A stretch of DNA of 64,000 bases from an uncultured Bacteroidales bacterium. Its GTDB lineage: Bacteria; Bacteroidota; Bacteroidia; Bacteroidales; Muribaculaceae. Position numbers and translations under genes: made by a program. The notes below the pieces were generated by a model. The model did not search any database and had not been told where the DNA came from. It saw only the letters and a program-made list of their open reading frames with translations. The stretch spans positions 5,737 through 69,736 of the forward strand of contig CASEAQ010000021.1 in assembly GCA_949285735.1 (NCBI GenBank). Reading direction: 5' to 3'. This document shows, in pieces, positions 1 through 9,353 of the stretch (position 1 is the stretch's first letter; every line of letters starts with the position of its first letter).

Positions 1-1668
1 AGCATCGGTGCCACCACTCTCGACGAATACCAAAAATATTTCGAGAAAGACAAGGCACTCGAACGCCGTTTCCAAATCGTAATGATCGACGAGCCTGACG
101 AAGAAAGCGCGATAGCCATACTCCGCGGCTTGAAGGAACGCTACGAAAACCACCACAAGGTGCGTATTCGCGATGAGGCGATTATAGCTGCCGTACAGTT
201 GTCGGAACGCTACATCACCGACCGCTTCCTACCCGACAAGGCAATCGACCTCATCGATGAGGCTGCAGCCAAGCTGAGGCTCGAAATCGACTCGGTGCCG
301 CAAGTGATTGATGAAATCAGGCGCAGGATTTCGCAACTCGAAATCGAGCGCGAAGCCATCAAGCGCGAGGGCGACAACGAGCAGATAAAGCACATCGAAA
401 AGGAACTTGCCGAGCTGCACGAGGAGGAAAGCAATTACACTGCCAAGTGGAAATCGGAAAAGGAACTGATTAACCGCATACAGCAAAATAAAATCGACAT
501 CGAGCAACTCAACTTCGAGGCTCAAAAAGCCGAGCGCGAAGGCGACTATGCCCGCGTAGCCGAGATACGATATTCCAAAATCAAGCAAAAGGAAGACGAC
601 AACAAGTCGATACAGGAAAAGCTGAAGGGAATGCAAGGCGACAGGGCTCTGATTAAAGAAGAGGTCGATGCCGAAGACATCGCTGGTGTGGTTTCGCGAT
701 GGACGGGAATACCGGTAATGAAAATGGTGCAAAGCGAGAAAGACAAGTTACTGCACCTCGAAGACGAGCTGCACAAGCGCGTCATAGGGCAGGAAGACGC
801 AATCGCCGCCATTGCCGATGCCGTAAGGCGCAGCCGTGCCGGACTTAACGACCCTCGTCGCCCGATAGGCTCGTTCATATTCCTTGGCACGACGGGCGTG
901 GGCAAGACCGAGCTTGCAAAAGCCCTTGCCGAATACCTGTTCGACAACGAGAACATGATGACGCGTATCGACATGAGCGAGTATCAGGAGAAGCACACGG
1001 TCTCGAGGCTCGTAGGTGCACCTCCGGGATACGTCGGATATGAAGAGGGCGGTCAGCTCACCGAGGCTGTAAGGCGCAAACCTTATTCGGTAGTTCTGTT
1101 CGACGAAATCGAGAAGGCACACCCCGACGTGTTCAACATACTGTTGCAGGTGCTCGACGACGGCAGGCTCACCGACAACAAGGGCAGGTTGGTAAACTTC
1201 AAGAACACGATTATCATAATGACTTCCAACATGGGGTCGGACGTGATACGCGAACGAATGTCCAAGTTGACCGACGCCAACCGCAACCAAGTGATTGAAA
1301 GCACCAAGAACGAAGTGCTCGAACTGCTCAAGCAGCGTATTCGTCCAGAGTTCCTCAACCGTATCGACGAGATAATAATGTTCACTCCGCTCACCGAGGG
1401 CGAAATCAAGCAAATCGTCAAGTTGCAAATCGACGGCGTAAGCCACATGCTCGAAAAGAATGGAGTGAAACTCGAAGTCACCGACAAGGCTCTCGACTTC
1501 CTTGCCGCCGAGGGCTATGACCCCGAGTTTGGCGCACGCCCAGTGAAGCGTGTTATCCACAAGCTCATCTTGAACCAATTGTCGAAAGACATTTTGGCAC
1601 AAAAGGTGAACCGCGACAAGCCCATCTGCATCGACTACGATGGCAACTCACTCGTATTCAAGAACTAA
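1..1668 (+). CDS. clpB: ATP-dependent chaperone ClpB, C-terminal ~555 aa (5' end outside window)
   Basis: Frame 1 is open from nt 1 (SIGATTLDEYQKYFEKDKALERRFQ). It continues through a long coiled-coil M-domain and a second AAA+ module with Walker A GTTGVGKTE, Walker B VVLFDEIEKAH and GARPVKR. Track ORF 82..1668 is the same frame. Confidence 0.95.
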   Translation, partial: SIGATTLDEYQKYFEKDKALERRFQIVMIDEPDEESAIAILRGLKERYENHHKVRIRDEAIIAAVQLSERYITDRFLPDKAIDLIDEAAAKLRLEIDSVPQVIDEIRRRISQLEIEREAIKREGDNEQIKHIEKELAELHEEESNYTAKWKSEKELINRIQQNKIDIEQLNFEAQKAEREGDYARVAEIRYSKIKQKEDDNKSIQEKLKGMQGDRALIKEEVDAEDIAGVVSRWTGIPVMKMVQSEKDKLLHLEDELHKRVIGQEDAIAAIADAVRRSRAGLNDPRRPIGSFIFLGTTGVGKTELAKALAEYLFDNENMMTRIDMSEYQEKHTVSRLVGAPPGYVGYEEGGQLTEAVRRKPYSVVLFDEIEKAHPDVFNILLQVLDDGRLTDNKGRLVNFKNTIIIMTSNMGSDVIRERMSKLTDANRNQVIESTKNEVLELLKQRIRPEFLNRIDEIIMFTPLTEGEIKQIVKLQIDGVSHMLEKNGVKLEVTDKALDFLAAEGYDPEFGARPVKRVIHKLILNQLSKDILAQKVNRDKPICIDYDGNSLVFKN

Positions 1669-1694
1669 AAAGTTTCTGGAAACCCTATAACAAG

Positions 1695-1729
1695 AGAGGC
1701 ATCATTCACAATTGGTGCCTCTTTTTTTA
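1695..1729 (+). terminator. rho-independent terminator of clpB
   Basis: Stem AGAGGCA (1695-1701) pairs with TGCCTCT (1716-1722) and is followed by T7 (1723-1729). It overlaps the 3' end of the convergent GT2 gene. Confidence 0.7.
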
Positions 1730-2691
1730 TGCCCGTCGCCGTCGGTGGTGTCTTCTATGAAATAGCGCGGGCGCGACTTCACTTCGAGGTAAATCTTGCC
1801 TATGTATTCGCCAATGATTCCCAAAGCCACAAGTATCAACGACCCAAGGAACCACAGCGACAGCATCAACGATGCCCATCCTGGATAAGACCTGCCGAGC
1901 AATATCGCCACAAGCACATATATGCCCACCGAAATCGTCAGCAACAGCGACACCACGCCCACCAGGAAGATCGAACGTATGGGGCGAATGGAGAACGATG
2001 TTATCCCCTCGACAGCAAAATTCAGCATCTTTGCCAACGGGTATTTTGATTTGCCATACTGGCGCGCCGCCCTGTCGTAATACACCTTTGCAGTCTTGAA
2101 GCCCATCGAGGGTATTATCCCCCTCAGAAACACGTTGCGCTCGCCATATTGCAACAAGCATTCCACCACTCGGTTGCTCATCAACCTGTATTCGGCATGA
2201 TTCGGCACCACCGGGGTGTGGGTGTTTTTCATCAATCCGTAAAACATCTTGGCTGTGTGCCGCTTCAGGAAAGAGTCGCTATTGCGGTTGCGCCTCACTC
2301 CGAGCACTATGTCGCACCCCTCGCCATATCTTGCAAGCATCTCTTCCATCACAGACACGTCGTCTTGCAAGTCGGCATCCATCGTTACCACTGCGTCATA
2401 TTTGCCAACTACACGTTCAAGCCCTGCAAGGATGGCATTCTGGTGCCCCACGTTGCGCGACAATTTTATGCCCGACAAACGCCCATGATATTGCTCCGAC
2501 AAGCGGCAAACCTCTGCCCACGTGCCATCTTCGCTGCCATCATCTACGCACATCATGCCATACTGCCGCGACACCACCCCCCTATCGGCAAGCCCATCGA
2601 GGATGGCAACAAGTGTTTCCACCGAATAGCCAAGCGTGGCTTCTTCATTGAAGCACGGCAACACCAAGCACAATCCGACAGGCTCCATCAT
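1702..2691 (-). CDS. family 2 glycosyltransferase, GtrB/ArnC-like polyprenyl-phosphate glycosyltransferase
   Basis: GT-A motifs LVLPCFNEE, DDGSEDGT and DADLQDD, followed by two C-terminal transmembrane helices. Confidence 0.85.
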   Translation of the reverse strand: MMEPVGLCLVLPCFNEEATLGYSVETLVAILDGLADRGVVSRQYGMMCVDDGSEDGTWAEVCRLSEQYHGRLSGIKLSRNVGHQNAILAGLERVVGKYDAVVTMDADLQDDVSVMEEMLARYGEGCDIVLGVRRNRNSDSFLKRHTAKMFYGLMKNTHTPVVPNHAEYRLMSNRVVECLLQYGERNVFLRGIIPSMGFKTAKVYYDRAARQYGKSKYPLAKMLNFAVEGITSFSIRPIRSIFLVGVVSLLLTISVGIYVLVAILLGRSYPGWASLMLSLWFLGSLILVALGIIGEYIGKIYLEVKSRPRYFIEDTTDGDGHKKRGTNCE

Positions 2692-2713
2692 AGCTCTTCA
2701 CTCTCCCAGTATT

Positions 2714-3397
2714 CTACTCGGCTGAATGCACAATGTCGAGCAACGCAAAGCGGTCGAGCACCTTTATTTCCGACAGCGTGTAATCTATCACGCCCTGCTC
2801 CTTCAATTTGTCCATCGCATTGATAAACGACGACCTCTGTATGCCCAACAGCGTACACAGGTCTTTTTGCTTGTATATTATGCGTATGTCCTTGGCATTG
2901 TGTTGCGTGAGCGAAACTACAAAAAAGGCGAAACGCTCCGAAATCGACCCGGCACTCAATGACAACAACTCGTCGGCATTCTTTTGCGAGTTACGCGACA
3001 GCATATTCAATATGTTGAACAAGAATATATTGTCGCTATGCAGTATATTCACAAAGTCGGGCTTTGAAATCTGCAATATGCCACACTCGCCATGGCAATG
3101 CACGTCGAAAGGATACACCGTCTTGCGCCCAAACAAGTATTCCGAACCAAGCACATTGGGGGCTGCAAGCGTCTCCGCCACTTTCACCTTCAAATAATGG
3201 CAAGGTATCTCCACTGTCGCTTCACCCGAAATCAGGAATTTTATATGCGTACAAGCACTATTTGCCGCAACTATTTCTTCCCCATCTCTATACTTCAAGA
3301 AATGGAAAGGTGTTTTTTCTATCAATTCCGACAATTTGTCGCGGCTCACGCCTTGGAACAGCGGCAAATCCATCAATATCTCATACATACTACTCAT
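2714..3397 (-). CDS. Crp/Fnr family transcriptional regulator
   Basis: N-terminal cyclic-nucleotide-binding-like barrel (LPLFQGVSRDKL...) and a C-terminal HTH (QKDLCTLLGIQRSSFINAMDKLKEQGVI). A 22-nt gap separates it from the GT2 gene downstream. Confidence 0.85.
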   Translation of the reverse strand: MSSMYEILMDLPLFQGVSRDKLSELIEKTPFHFLKYRDGEEIVAANSACTHIKFLISGEATVEIPCHYLKVKVAETLAAPNVLGSEYLFGRKTVYPFDVHCHGECGILQISKPDFVNILHSDNIFLFNILNMLSRNSQKNADELLSLSAGSISERFAFFVVSLTQHNAKDIRIIYKQKDLCTLLGIQRSSFINAMDKLKEQGVIDYTLSEIKVLDRFALLDIVHSAE

Positions 3398-3734
3398 AAG
3401 ATTCTCGTATTTTATAGACGCCGCCCCGATTTTCTGTTCGATGATAAAAAATGAATTTTCGAGACTCTACAAGCACGACAAAAGCATATTGCCGCAAAAT
3501 CGAAACAGCTTTATTTTATACCCGTCTTGCAAAAATACACAAAAAAACAATAAAAAACATATCACCAACGCAATATGTGGCACGAAAAATTGCGCACCAC
3601 CGCGTTCATCACGCAACAAAGTAGTTCTCGCCTGTCCTACGACATAGCCCAAAACAAGGGGCAAAGGCACCTCGGCAACACATATAATACTAAAAAATCA
3701 AACCATTTTGTTTTTTTCTTCGCTCACCTTGCAC

Positions 3735-3742
3735 TAACTTTG
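3735..3742 (+). promoter_or_regulatory. Bacteroidetes -7 promoter box TAACTTTG
   Basis: Exact TAnnTTTG match 30 nt upstream of the ATG at 3772, with a TTTG-containing run about 30 nt further upstream. Confidence 0.6.
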
Positions 3743-3771
3743 CGACCATAATCAACCATTCATACATATTC

Positions 3772-4149
3772 ATGGAAGAAACACTGAAAAAGAAACTCGC
3801 AAAAGACCCAAACGGGTTGGAAACCTACGAGTATATTGCAAACAACATCGACCAAATCGACCAAATCCTGCCCGAATTGGTGGACAATATCATCTCGGTT
3901 GACCGCTCGGGGCAATTCATCATAAGCACGGCTCGATACCTGCACGCCATCAACCAAGAGAAATATGCTTCCACCATCGACACATTGATAAAGGCTGCAA
4001 TTGTCAAAGACCGCGAACACCGCTACCTTGGCGACCTCATCGCCGGAATTTGGGGCGACGACTACCGCGACCGCGCCACAGAGCTGTGCCAAAGCGACGA
4101 CAACTTCCGCCGCATATACAAACGCCTGTACCCTACTTCAATCATTTAA
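3772..4149 (+). CDS. hypothetical protein (125 aa)
   Basis: Clean ORF with its own -7 box and codon usage like its neighbours. I recognise no motif. Confidence 0.6.
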   Translation: MEETLKKKLAKDPNGLETYEYIANNIDQIDQILPELVDNIISVDRSGQFIISTARYLHAINQEKYASTIDTLIKAAIVKDREHRYLGDLIAGIWGDDYRDRATELCQSDDNFRRIYKRLYPTSII

Positions 4150-4179
4150 CCACTGTTTTGCTCTATCCGCCAAAACGAA

Positions 4180-5073
4180 ATGAAAACTTTGTATCTCAAC
4201 TTAAAGCTGCTCATCCTTTCGCTCGCCGTTGCTTGCATAGGTTGCAGCGCAAACAATTCCAACAACTCAAACAACACCAACTCGACAAACAATATGGAAC
4301 AGACCGACAGCACTAAAATCGACAATGGCCGCACAAAGGTGACTTTCTCTACCACGATGGGCGACTTCACCGTAGAACTTTACAACGAAACGCCCAAGCA
4401 CCGCGACAATTTCCTGAAATTAGTGAAAGACAGTTTCTACAACGACGTGCTGTTCCACCGCGTTATACGCAACTTCATGGTGCAGACGGGCGACCCCGAC
4501 TCGCGCAACGCCGCCCCCAATGCCATGCTCGGTGCCGGAGGACCCGGATATAACATCGAAGCCGAAATCGTGTACCCGCAATTTTTCCACAAGAAAGGCG
4601 CACTTGCCGCCGCCAGACAAGCCGACCAAGTTAACCCGAAACGCGAATCTTCGGGGTCACAATTCTATGTGGTCACCGGCCGCCGATACACACAAGACCA
4701 ATTGATACAGATGCAGGCACAAATCGCCAACATGAAAATGCAGCAAATATTCGACTCGCTTGTAGCTCCTCGCCGCAAGGAAATCATGAAGCTGCGCATG
4801 GCTGGCGACTCGGCTGCCCTCGACAAGCTGAGCAACCAACTCGTTGAGCAAGCCAAAGCCGACTATGCCAAGTCGCCGTTCAACTTCACCGACGAACAAA
4901 TCAAGGCATACTCGGCTGTGGGCGGCACTCCGCATCTCGACGGGCAATACACCGTGTTTGGCGAAGTAATCGACGGAATGGCCACAATCGAAGCCATCGA
5001 GAATGTCGCCACGGGAAATGCCGACCGTCCAAAGGAAGACATCAAGATAATCTCGGCAACAATAGTAGAATAA
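4180..5073 (+). CDS. cyclophilin-type peptidyl-prolyl cis-trans isomerase, lipoprotein
   Basis: Signal peptide with a lipobox-like LAVACIGC and an Asn/Ser-rich linker. Cyclophilin motifs FHRVIRNFMVQTGDP, SGSQFYVV and YTVFGEV are present, with a helical insertion. Confidence 0.9.
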   Translation: MKTLYLNLKLLILSLAVACIGCSANNSNNSNNTNSTNNMEQTDSTKIDNGRTKVTFSTTMGDFTVELYNETPKHRDNFLKLVKDSFYNDVLFHRVIRNFMVQTGDPDSRNAAPNAMLGAGGPGYNIEAEIVYPQFFHKKGALAAARQADQVNPKRESSGSQFYVVTGRRYTQDQLIQMQAQIANMKMQQIFDSLVAPRRKEIMKLRMAGDSAALDKLSNQLVEQAKADYAKSPFNFTDEQIKAYSAVGGTPHLDGQYTVFGEVIDGMATIEAIENVATGNADRPKEDIKIISATIVE

Positions 5074-5101
5074 TCTCCCTCAACGTTCACACACCTGCTG
5101 C

Positions 5102-6343
5102 ATGATAAAGACCAACTCACTGCGCCTCGACAACGGCTTGCAACTGCTGCACCACCACGACCCGACGACACAAATGGTTGCCATCAACCTGCTTTACAAC
5201 GTCGGCGCACGTGACGAGCGTCCGGGGCGCACAGGTATGGCTCACCTGTTCGAACATCTGATGTTTGGCGGAACTCCAGCCATTCCCAACTTCGACACGC
5301 CGTTGCAAAAGGCTGGAGGCGAAAGCAACGCTTGGACTACAAACGACCTCACCAACTTCTATGAAATATTGCCTGCCCAAAACATCGAGACCGCACTATG
5401 GCTCGAAAGCGACCGAATGGCAAGCATGGCATTCTCGCAACAGGCACTCGACGTGCAGAAAGGTGTCGTAATCGAAGAGTTCAAACAGCGGTGTATCAAC
5501 CAGCCTTATGGCGACACCGACCACATACTGCGGTCAACTGCATTCACCACTCACCCATACCGCTGGCCCACCATCGGCGAGAAATTCAGCGACATAGCCG
5601 AAGTGTCGCTCGACGAAGTGCGCAACTTCTCGGCATCCCACTACACCCCGGGCAACGCCATCTTGTGTGTGGCTGGCAACATCGATTTCGAAAATACCGT
5701 AAAGCTGGTCGAAAAGTGGTTTGGCGGCTTGCATTCACAACATGCAGCCCAGCGCAACCTGCCCGCCGAACCCAAGCAAGATGAGCCACGACGCAATGCG
5801 GTACACCGCGACGTGCCACAAAACATGATAATAAAAGCCTACCACATGTGTGGGCGCAACGATGCGGCGTTTCCCGTCTGCGACATCATAAGCGACATTC
5901 TTGCCAACGGGAACTCGGCACGATTCTTCAGAAATGTTCTCATGCAGACCGACTTGTTCACCGACCTCGATGCCGCCGTGTGGGGAACCATCGACCCTGG
6001 ACTTTTTGTCATCAAGGGCAAACTGTCGCACGGGGCAAGCATCGACAAAGCCGAAGAAACGATACAAGCCGAAATCAATAAACTGCTCGACGGCGATACA
6101 TCGCAATACGAAATCGAGAAATACGTCAACAAACTCGAATCAAAAGAATGCTTCGAGAACATCAGCTATGCCGACAAAGCATCCAAACTATGCTATCAGC
6201 AATTAATCACAGGCGATGCCAGTGACATCAATCGCGAAATAGCCAAATACCGTACCATCACAACAAGCCAGGTAACCCAAGAGGCAATAAAACTGTTCGA
6301 TATCTCCAACGAAACGACAATACTTTACGGCCCCGACTTGTAA
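5102..6343 (+). CDS. M16 (pitrilysin/insulinase) family zinc peptidase
   Basis: Inverted zinc motif HLFEHLMFGG (HxxEH) near the N-terminus and a two-domain length of 413 aa. Confidence 0.88.
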   Translation: MIKTNSLRLDNGLQLLHHHDPTTQMVAINLLYNVGARDERPGRTGMAHLFEHLMFGGTPAIPNFDTPLQKAGGESNAWTTNDLTNFYEILPAQNIETALWLESDRMASMAFSQQALDVQKGVVIEEFKQRCINQPYGDTDHILRSTAFTTHPYRWPTIGEKFSDIAEVSLDEVRNFSASHYTPGNAILCVAGNIDFENTVKLVEKWFGGLHSQHAAQRNLPAEPKQDEPRRNAVHRDVPQNMIIKAYHMCGRNDAAFPVCDIISDILANGNSARFFRNVLMQTDLFTDLDAAVWGTIDPGLFVIKGKLSHGASIDKAEETIQAEINKLLDGDTSQYEIEKYVNKLESKECFENISYADKASKLCYQQLITGDASDINREIAKYRTITTSQVTQEAIKLFDISNETTILYGPDL

Positions 6344-6401
6344 CAAGCCGCCAATCTCGCAAAAAATAGTTAAAGAGTAGTTACGGTCTTGAAAATTTGC
6401 G

Positions 6402-6409
6402 TATATTTG
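6402..6409 (+). promoter_or_regulatory. -7 promoter box TATATTTG
   Basis: Exact TAnnTTTG match 54 nt upstream of the ATG at 6463. The leader contains the hairpin CCCCTA (6426-6431) / TAGGGG (6439-6444). Confidence 0.5.
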
Positions 6410-6462
6410 ACCCTAAATGTAACAACCCCTATTAGAATTAGGGGCAATTAAAAAGATAATAT

Positions 6463-8370
6463 ATGGAATTGCGTGAAATGTCTGAATCTTGCGAAAACCA
6501 AGAAAAAGATGCAATCTTGAACACTGAAACGGTCAATGAGACCGCAACCTCAGGTGTCGATGCAACCGATGCAACAACAGAAAATATCAACGGGGATGAT
6601 TCTACCCCGACGACAGTCGATAATACAACAGACGAGCCTCATGCCTCGCAAGGCAAGCCGGCAACACCCGACTATTCATCGCTCGACAAGCACAGCCTCG
6701 TGGCAGCACTCGAAGAACAATTGCAAAAGCCTGTCGAGACCGTCCGCGACGACGTCAACCTCATAAAGGTGGCTTTCTACACCCTGCGCAACGCCGAGAT
6801 TGCTGCCGAGCGCGAAGAGTTTATCGCCAAAGGCAACGAAGAGGCTGCTTTCGCTCCTAAGGAAGACAGCGAAGAAACCCGGTTCAAGGAATTGCTGAAC
6901 GCCATAAAGGAAAAACGGGCTGAATACAACGCCGAGCAAGAAGCTGCAAAAGCCGAAAACCTGAAAAAGAAACTGGCAATAATCGACGAAATAAACAGCA
7001 TCGTCGGCGACCCCGACAACATCAACAAGCAATACAACCGCATTCAGCAGTTGCAACAAGAGTTCAAGGCAATAGGCGAAGTGCCGGCTGCCAACGTCAC
7101 CGACACTTGGAAAAGCTACCAAAAGGCTACCGAGAACTTCTACGACCTGCTGAAGATGAACAAGGAATTGCGCGATTACGACTTCAAGAAGAACCTCGAA
7201 GCCAAGCAACAACTGTGTATCGAAGCCGAATCGCTCAACGACTTGGACGATGTGGTGATTGCATTCCGCAAGCTGCAAGACCTGCACAACCAGTGGCGTG
7301 AGATTGGTCCCGTTGCCAAAGAAGTGCGCGAGGAATTGTGGGCACGCTTCAAAGAGGCTTCGGCTAAAATCAACAAAAAATACCAAGCATTCTTTGAAAA
7401 CCGCAAAGAAAAAGAAAAAGAGAACGAAGTGGCAAAAATCGCCCTCTGCGAACGTATCGAAGCCATCGATATCGATGCACTGAAGAGTTTTGCTAAATGG
7501 GACGAAGCCACAAAGACAATCATTGCCATACAAGAAGAGTGGAAGAAGCTGGGATTTGCATCACGCAAGGTGAATGCCGACCTGTTTGCACGCTTCCGCC
7601 AGACGTGCGACAAATTCTTTGCCCGCAAAGCCGAGTTCTTCAAAGCTATGAAAGAAGAGTTTGCCTCCAACCTGGCTAAGAAAATCGCCTTGTGCGAGCA
7701 AGCCGAAGCTCTGAAAGACTCGACCGACTGGCGTAAGACAACCGACAAGCTGATTGCCCTGCAAAAAGAATGGAAAACCATCGGGCAAGTATCCAAAAAA
7801 CACAGCGACGCGATATGGAACCGCTTCATCACAGCCTGCGACTACTTCTTCGAGCAGAAGAACAAGCAAACGTCGTCGGTACACCAAGCCGAACACGCCA
7901 ACCTTGTTGCCAAGCGCGAAATAATAAGCTCAATCAACGCCTTGCTCGAAAGTGAAAGCGATGACAAGGAAGGAGCGAAGAAAGTGCGTCAGTTGATGAA
8001 GAAATGGCAAGAAATAGGCCACGTGCCCTTCAAGGAGAAAGACAAAGTTTATGCCGAATACAAAGCCGCTATCGACAAGGCTTTTGAAAAATTCGACATG
8101 AAGGAGACAAGGGCTGACCTGAACAACTTTGAATCGTCGCTCAACTCAACGAGCCAAGACAAGATGTATCGCGAACGCGAACGCCTGGTGCGCTCCTATG
8201 AGCAAAAGTGCAACGAACTGAAGACCTATGAAAACAACCTTGGCTTCTTCAATGCACAGTCTAAGGGCGGGAACTCGATGCTCAAGGAAGTTGAACGTCG
8301 CATACAGAGAATCAAAGACGACCTCGCACTGCTTGAACAAAAAATCAAGATGGTTGACGAAAAGCTGTAA
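6463..8370 (+). CDS. DUF349 domain-containing protein
   Basis: Acidic N-terminus followed by repeated ~75-aa helical units of the type ...W.EIG.V......LW.RF. (for example HNQWREIGPVAKEVREELWARFKEA, QEEWKKLGFASRKVNADLFARFRQ, QKEWKTIGQVSKKHSDAIWNRF, MKKWQEIGHVPFKEKDKVYAEY). Confidence 0.8.
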   Translation: MELREMSESCENQEKDAILNTETVNETATSGVDATDATTENINGDDSTPTTVDNTTDEPHASQGKPATPDYSSLDKHSLVAALEEQLQKPVETVRDDVNLIKVAFYTLRNAEIAAEREEFIAKGNEEAAFAPKEDSEETRFKELLNAIKEKRAEYNAEQEAAKAENLKKKLAIIDEINSIVGDPDNINKQYNRIQQLQQEFKAIGEVPAANVTDTWKSYQKATENFYDLLKMNKELRDYDFKKNLEAKQQLCIEAESLNDLDDVVIAFRKLQDLHNQWREIGPVAKEVREELWARFKEASAKINKKYQAFFENRKEKEKENEVAKIALCERIEAIDIDALKSFAKWDEATKTIIAIQEEWKKLGFASRKVNADLFARFRQTCDKFFARKAEFFKAMKEEFASNLAKKIALCEQAEALKDSTDWRKTTDKLIALQKEWKTIGQVSKKHSDAIWNRFITACDYFFEQKNKQTSSVHQAEHANLVAKREIISSINALLESESDDKEGAKKVRQLMKKWQEIGHVPFKEKDKVYAEYKAAIDKAFEKFDMKETRADLNNFESSLNSTSQDKMYRERERLVRSYEQKCNELKTYENNLGFFNAQSKGGNSMLKEVERRIQRIKDDLALLEQKIKMVDEKL

Positions 8371-8463
8371 GCATCACGAAAAAAGGTGACAGCACAACAG
8401 TCTTGAAGCTGCCAAGATAGCGTTGTCAACCTGCATAAGACATTTATTTCAACACAACACTGA

Positions 8464-8505
8464 ATATAAAGCCACCTGATAAAAAACGGTGGCTTTATAT
8501 TCTAT
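8464..8505 (+). terminator. rho-independent terminator of the DUF349 gene
   Basis: 13-bp stem ATATAAAGCCACC (8464-8476) / GGTGGCTTTATAT (8488-8500) followed by a T-rich tail. Confidence 0.7.
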
Positions 8506-8601
8506 TATTGTGCCAATGCGGGATATAGTAAAAAATAAAGTTGTAACTATAATATTTGCTAATTACACTCGTTAATTAATAAAACAAGCTGCTCCCAAAT
8601 A

Positions 8602-9339
8602 ATGACGAGTCGCAATATAACAACACAAACTCATTATAGAGATACCATGGCAAAAAAAGGTAGATACGGGCAATTTATCAGAGGACTTTTTACAATTATA
8701 GATTTCCTTATCCTTAACCTTACCTATTGGGTATTATACTTGCTTCATGATGAACCCGACGACTTTTTCACTCGCCAAGTGTGGTTCATGATGAACATAG
8801 CTTTTGCTGCCGGATGTTCGATTTATTCCAACATTCACAATCGTCGGGTCGTCTTTGCCGACCGCGTCGTGCTCACGGCAATGAAGTCGGTTGTGCTGTT
8901 CGCAATCATATTCTTCGCTTTCTTGTTATTCCTCGACCTCAACAACATTCATGCACTCACATTTGCCGAGTTTTTCCTAATCTTTTTTCCATTGCTGTCG
9001 CTTTGGTGGCTGCTATCGAGGCAAATGCTCAAGCTATACCGCAGCCGCGGGTTCAACTTCAAGCGCATCATCATCGTCGGCGATGGCGTTGTAGGCACAA
9101 GGCTGCTCAACGAAATGATTGAAGACAACGGCTACGGCTACCGCATAATGGGCTTGTTTGACAACAGTGACCATGCCCACGACATGGAATACTACAAGGG
9201 CAGCTTGGCCGACGTTGACAAGTTCATAGCCGAAAATCTAATCGACGAAATGTATTGTACATTGCCCGACGACGAAGAAGGAACGGTGCAAAAAATGATA
9301 AAAATCGCCGACAACAACGCTGTTGAGGCAGTGCCATAA
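8602..9339 (+). CDS. WcaJ/WbaP-like initiating sugar-phosphate transferase, N-terminal fragment (TM helices + Rossmann-like domain); gene interrupted by frameshift
   Basis: Four predicted TM helices followed by IIIVGDGVVGTRL. The ORF stops at 9337-9339 just before the expected last TM and catalytic domain, which continues in another frame. Confidence 0.7.
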   Translation: MTSRNITTQTHYRDTMAKKGRYGQFIRGLFTIIDFLILNLTYWVLYLLHDEPDDFFTRQVWFMMNIAFAAGCSIYSNIHNRRVVFADRVVLTAMKSVVLFAIIFFAFLLFLDLNNIHALTFAEFFLIFFPLLSLWWLLSRQMLKLYRSRGFNFKRIIIVGDGVVGTRLLNEMIEDNGYGYRIMGLFDNSDHAHDMEYYKGSLADVDKFIAENLIDEMYCTLPDDEEGTVQKMIKIADNNAVEAVP

Positions 9340-9353
9340 AACGGCAATTCGAG

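Noticed and set aside
4252-4293. The Asn/Ser/Thr-rich low-complexity DNA repeat (NNSNNSNNTNSTNN).
   Set aside because: It is the flexible linker after the lipoprotein cysteine of the cyclophilin, which is common in Bacteroidales lipoproteins. It is not a separate repeat element.
6463-8370. Internal ~75-aa repeats in the 635-aa protein as a possible new repeat protein.
   Set aside because: The pattern matches the known DUF349 repeat family, which is widespread in Bacteroidota.
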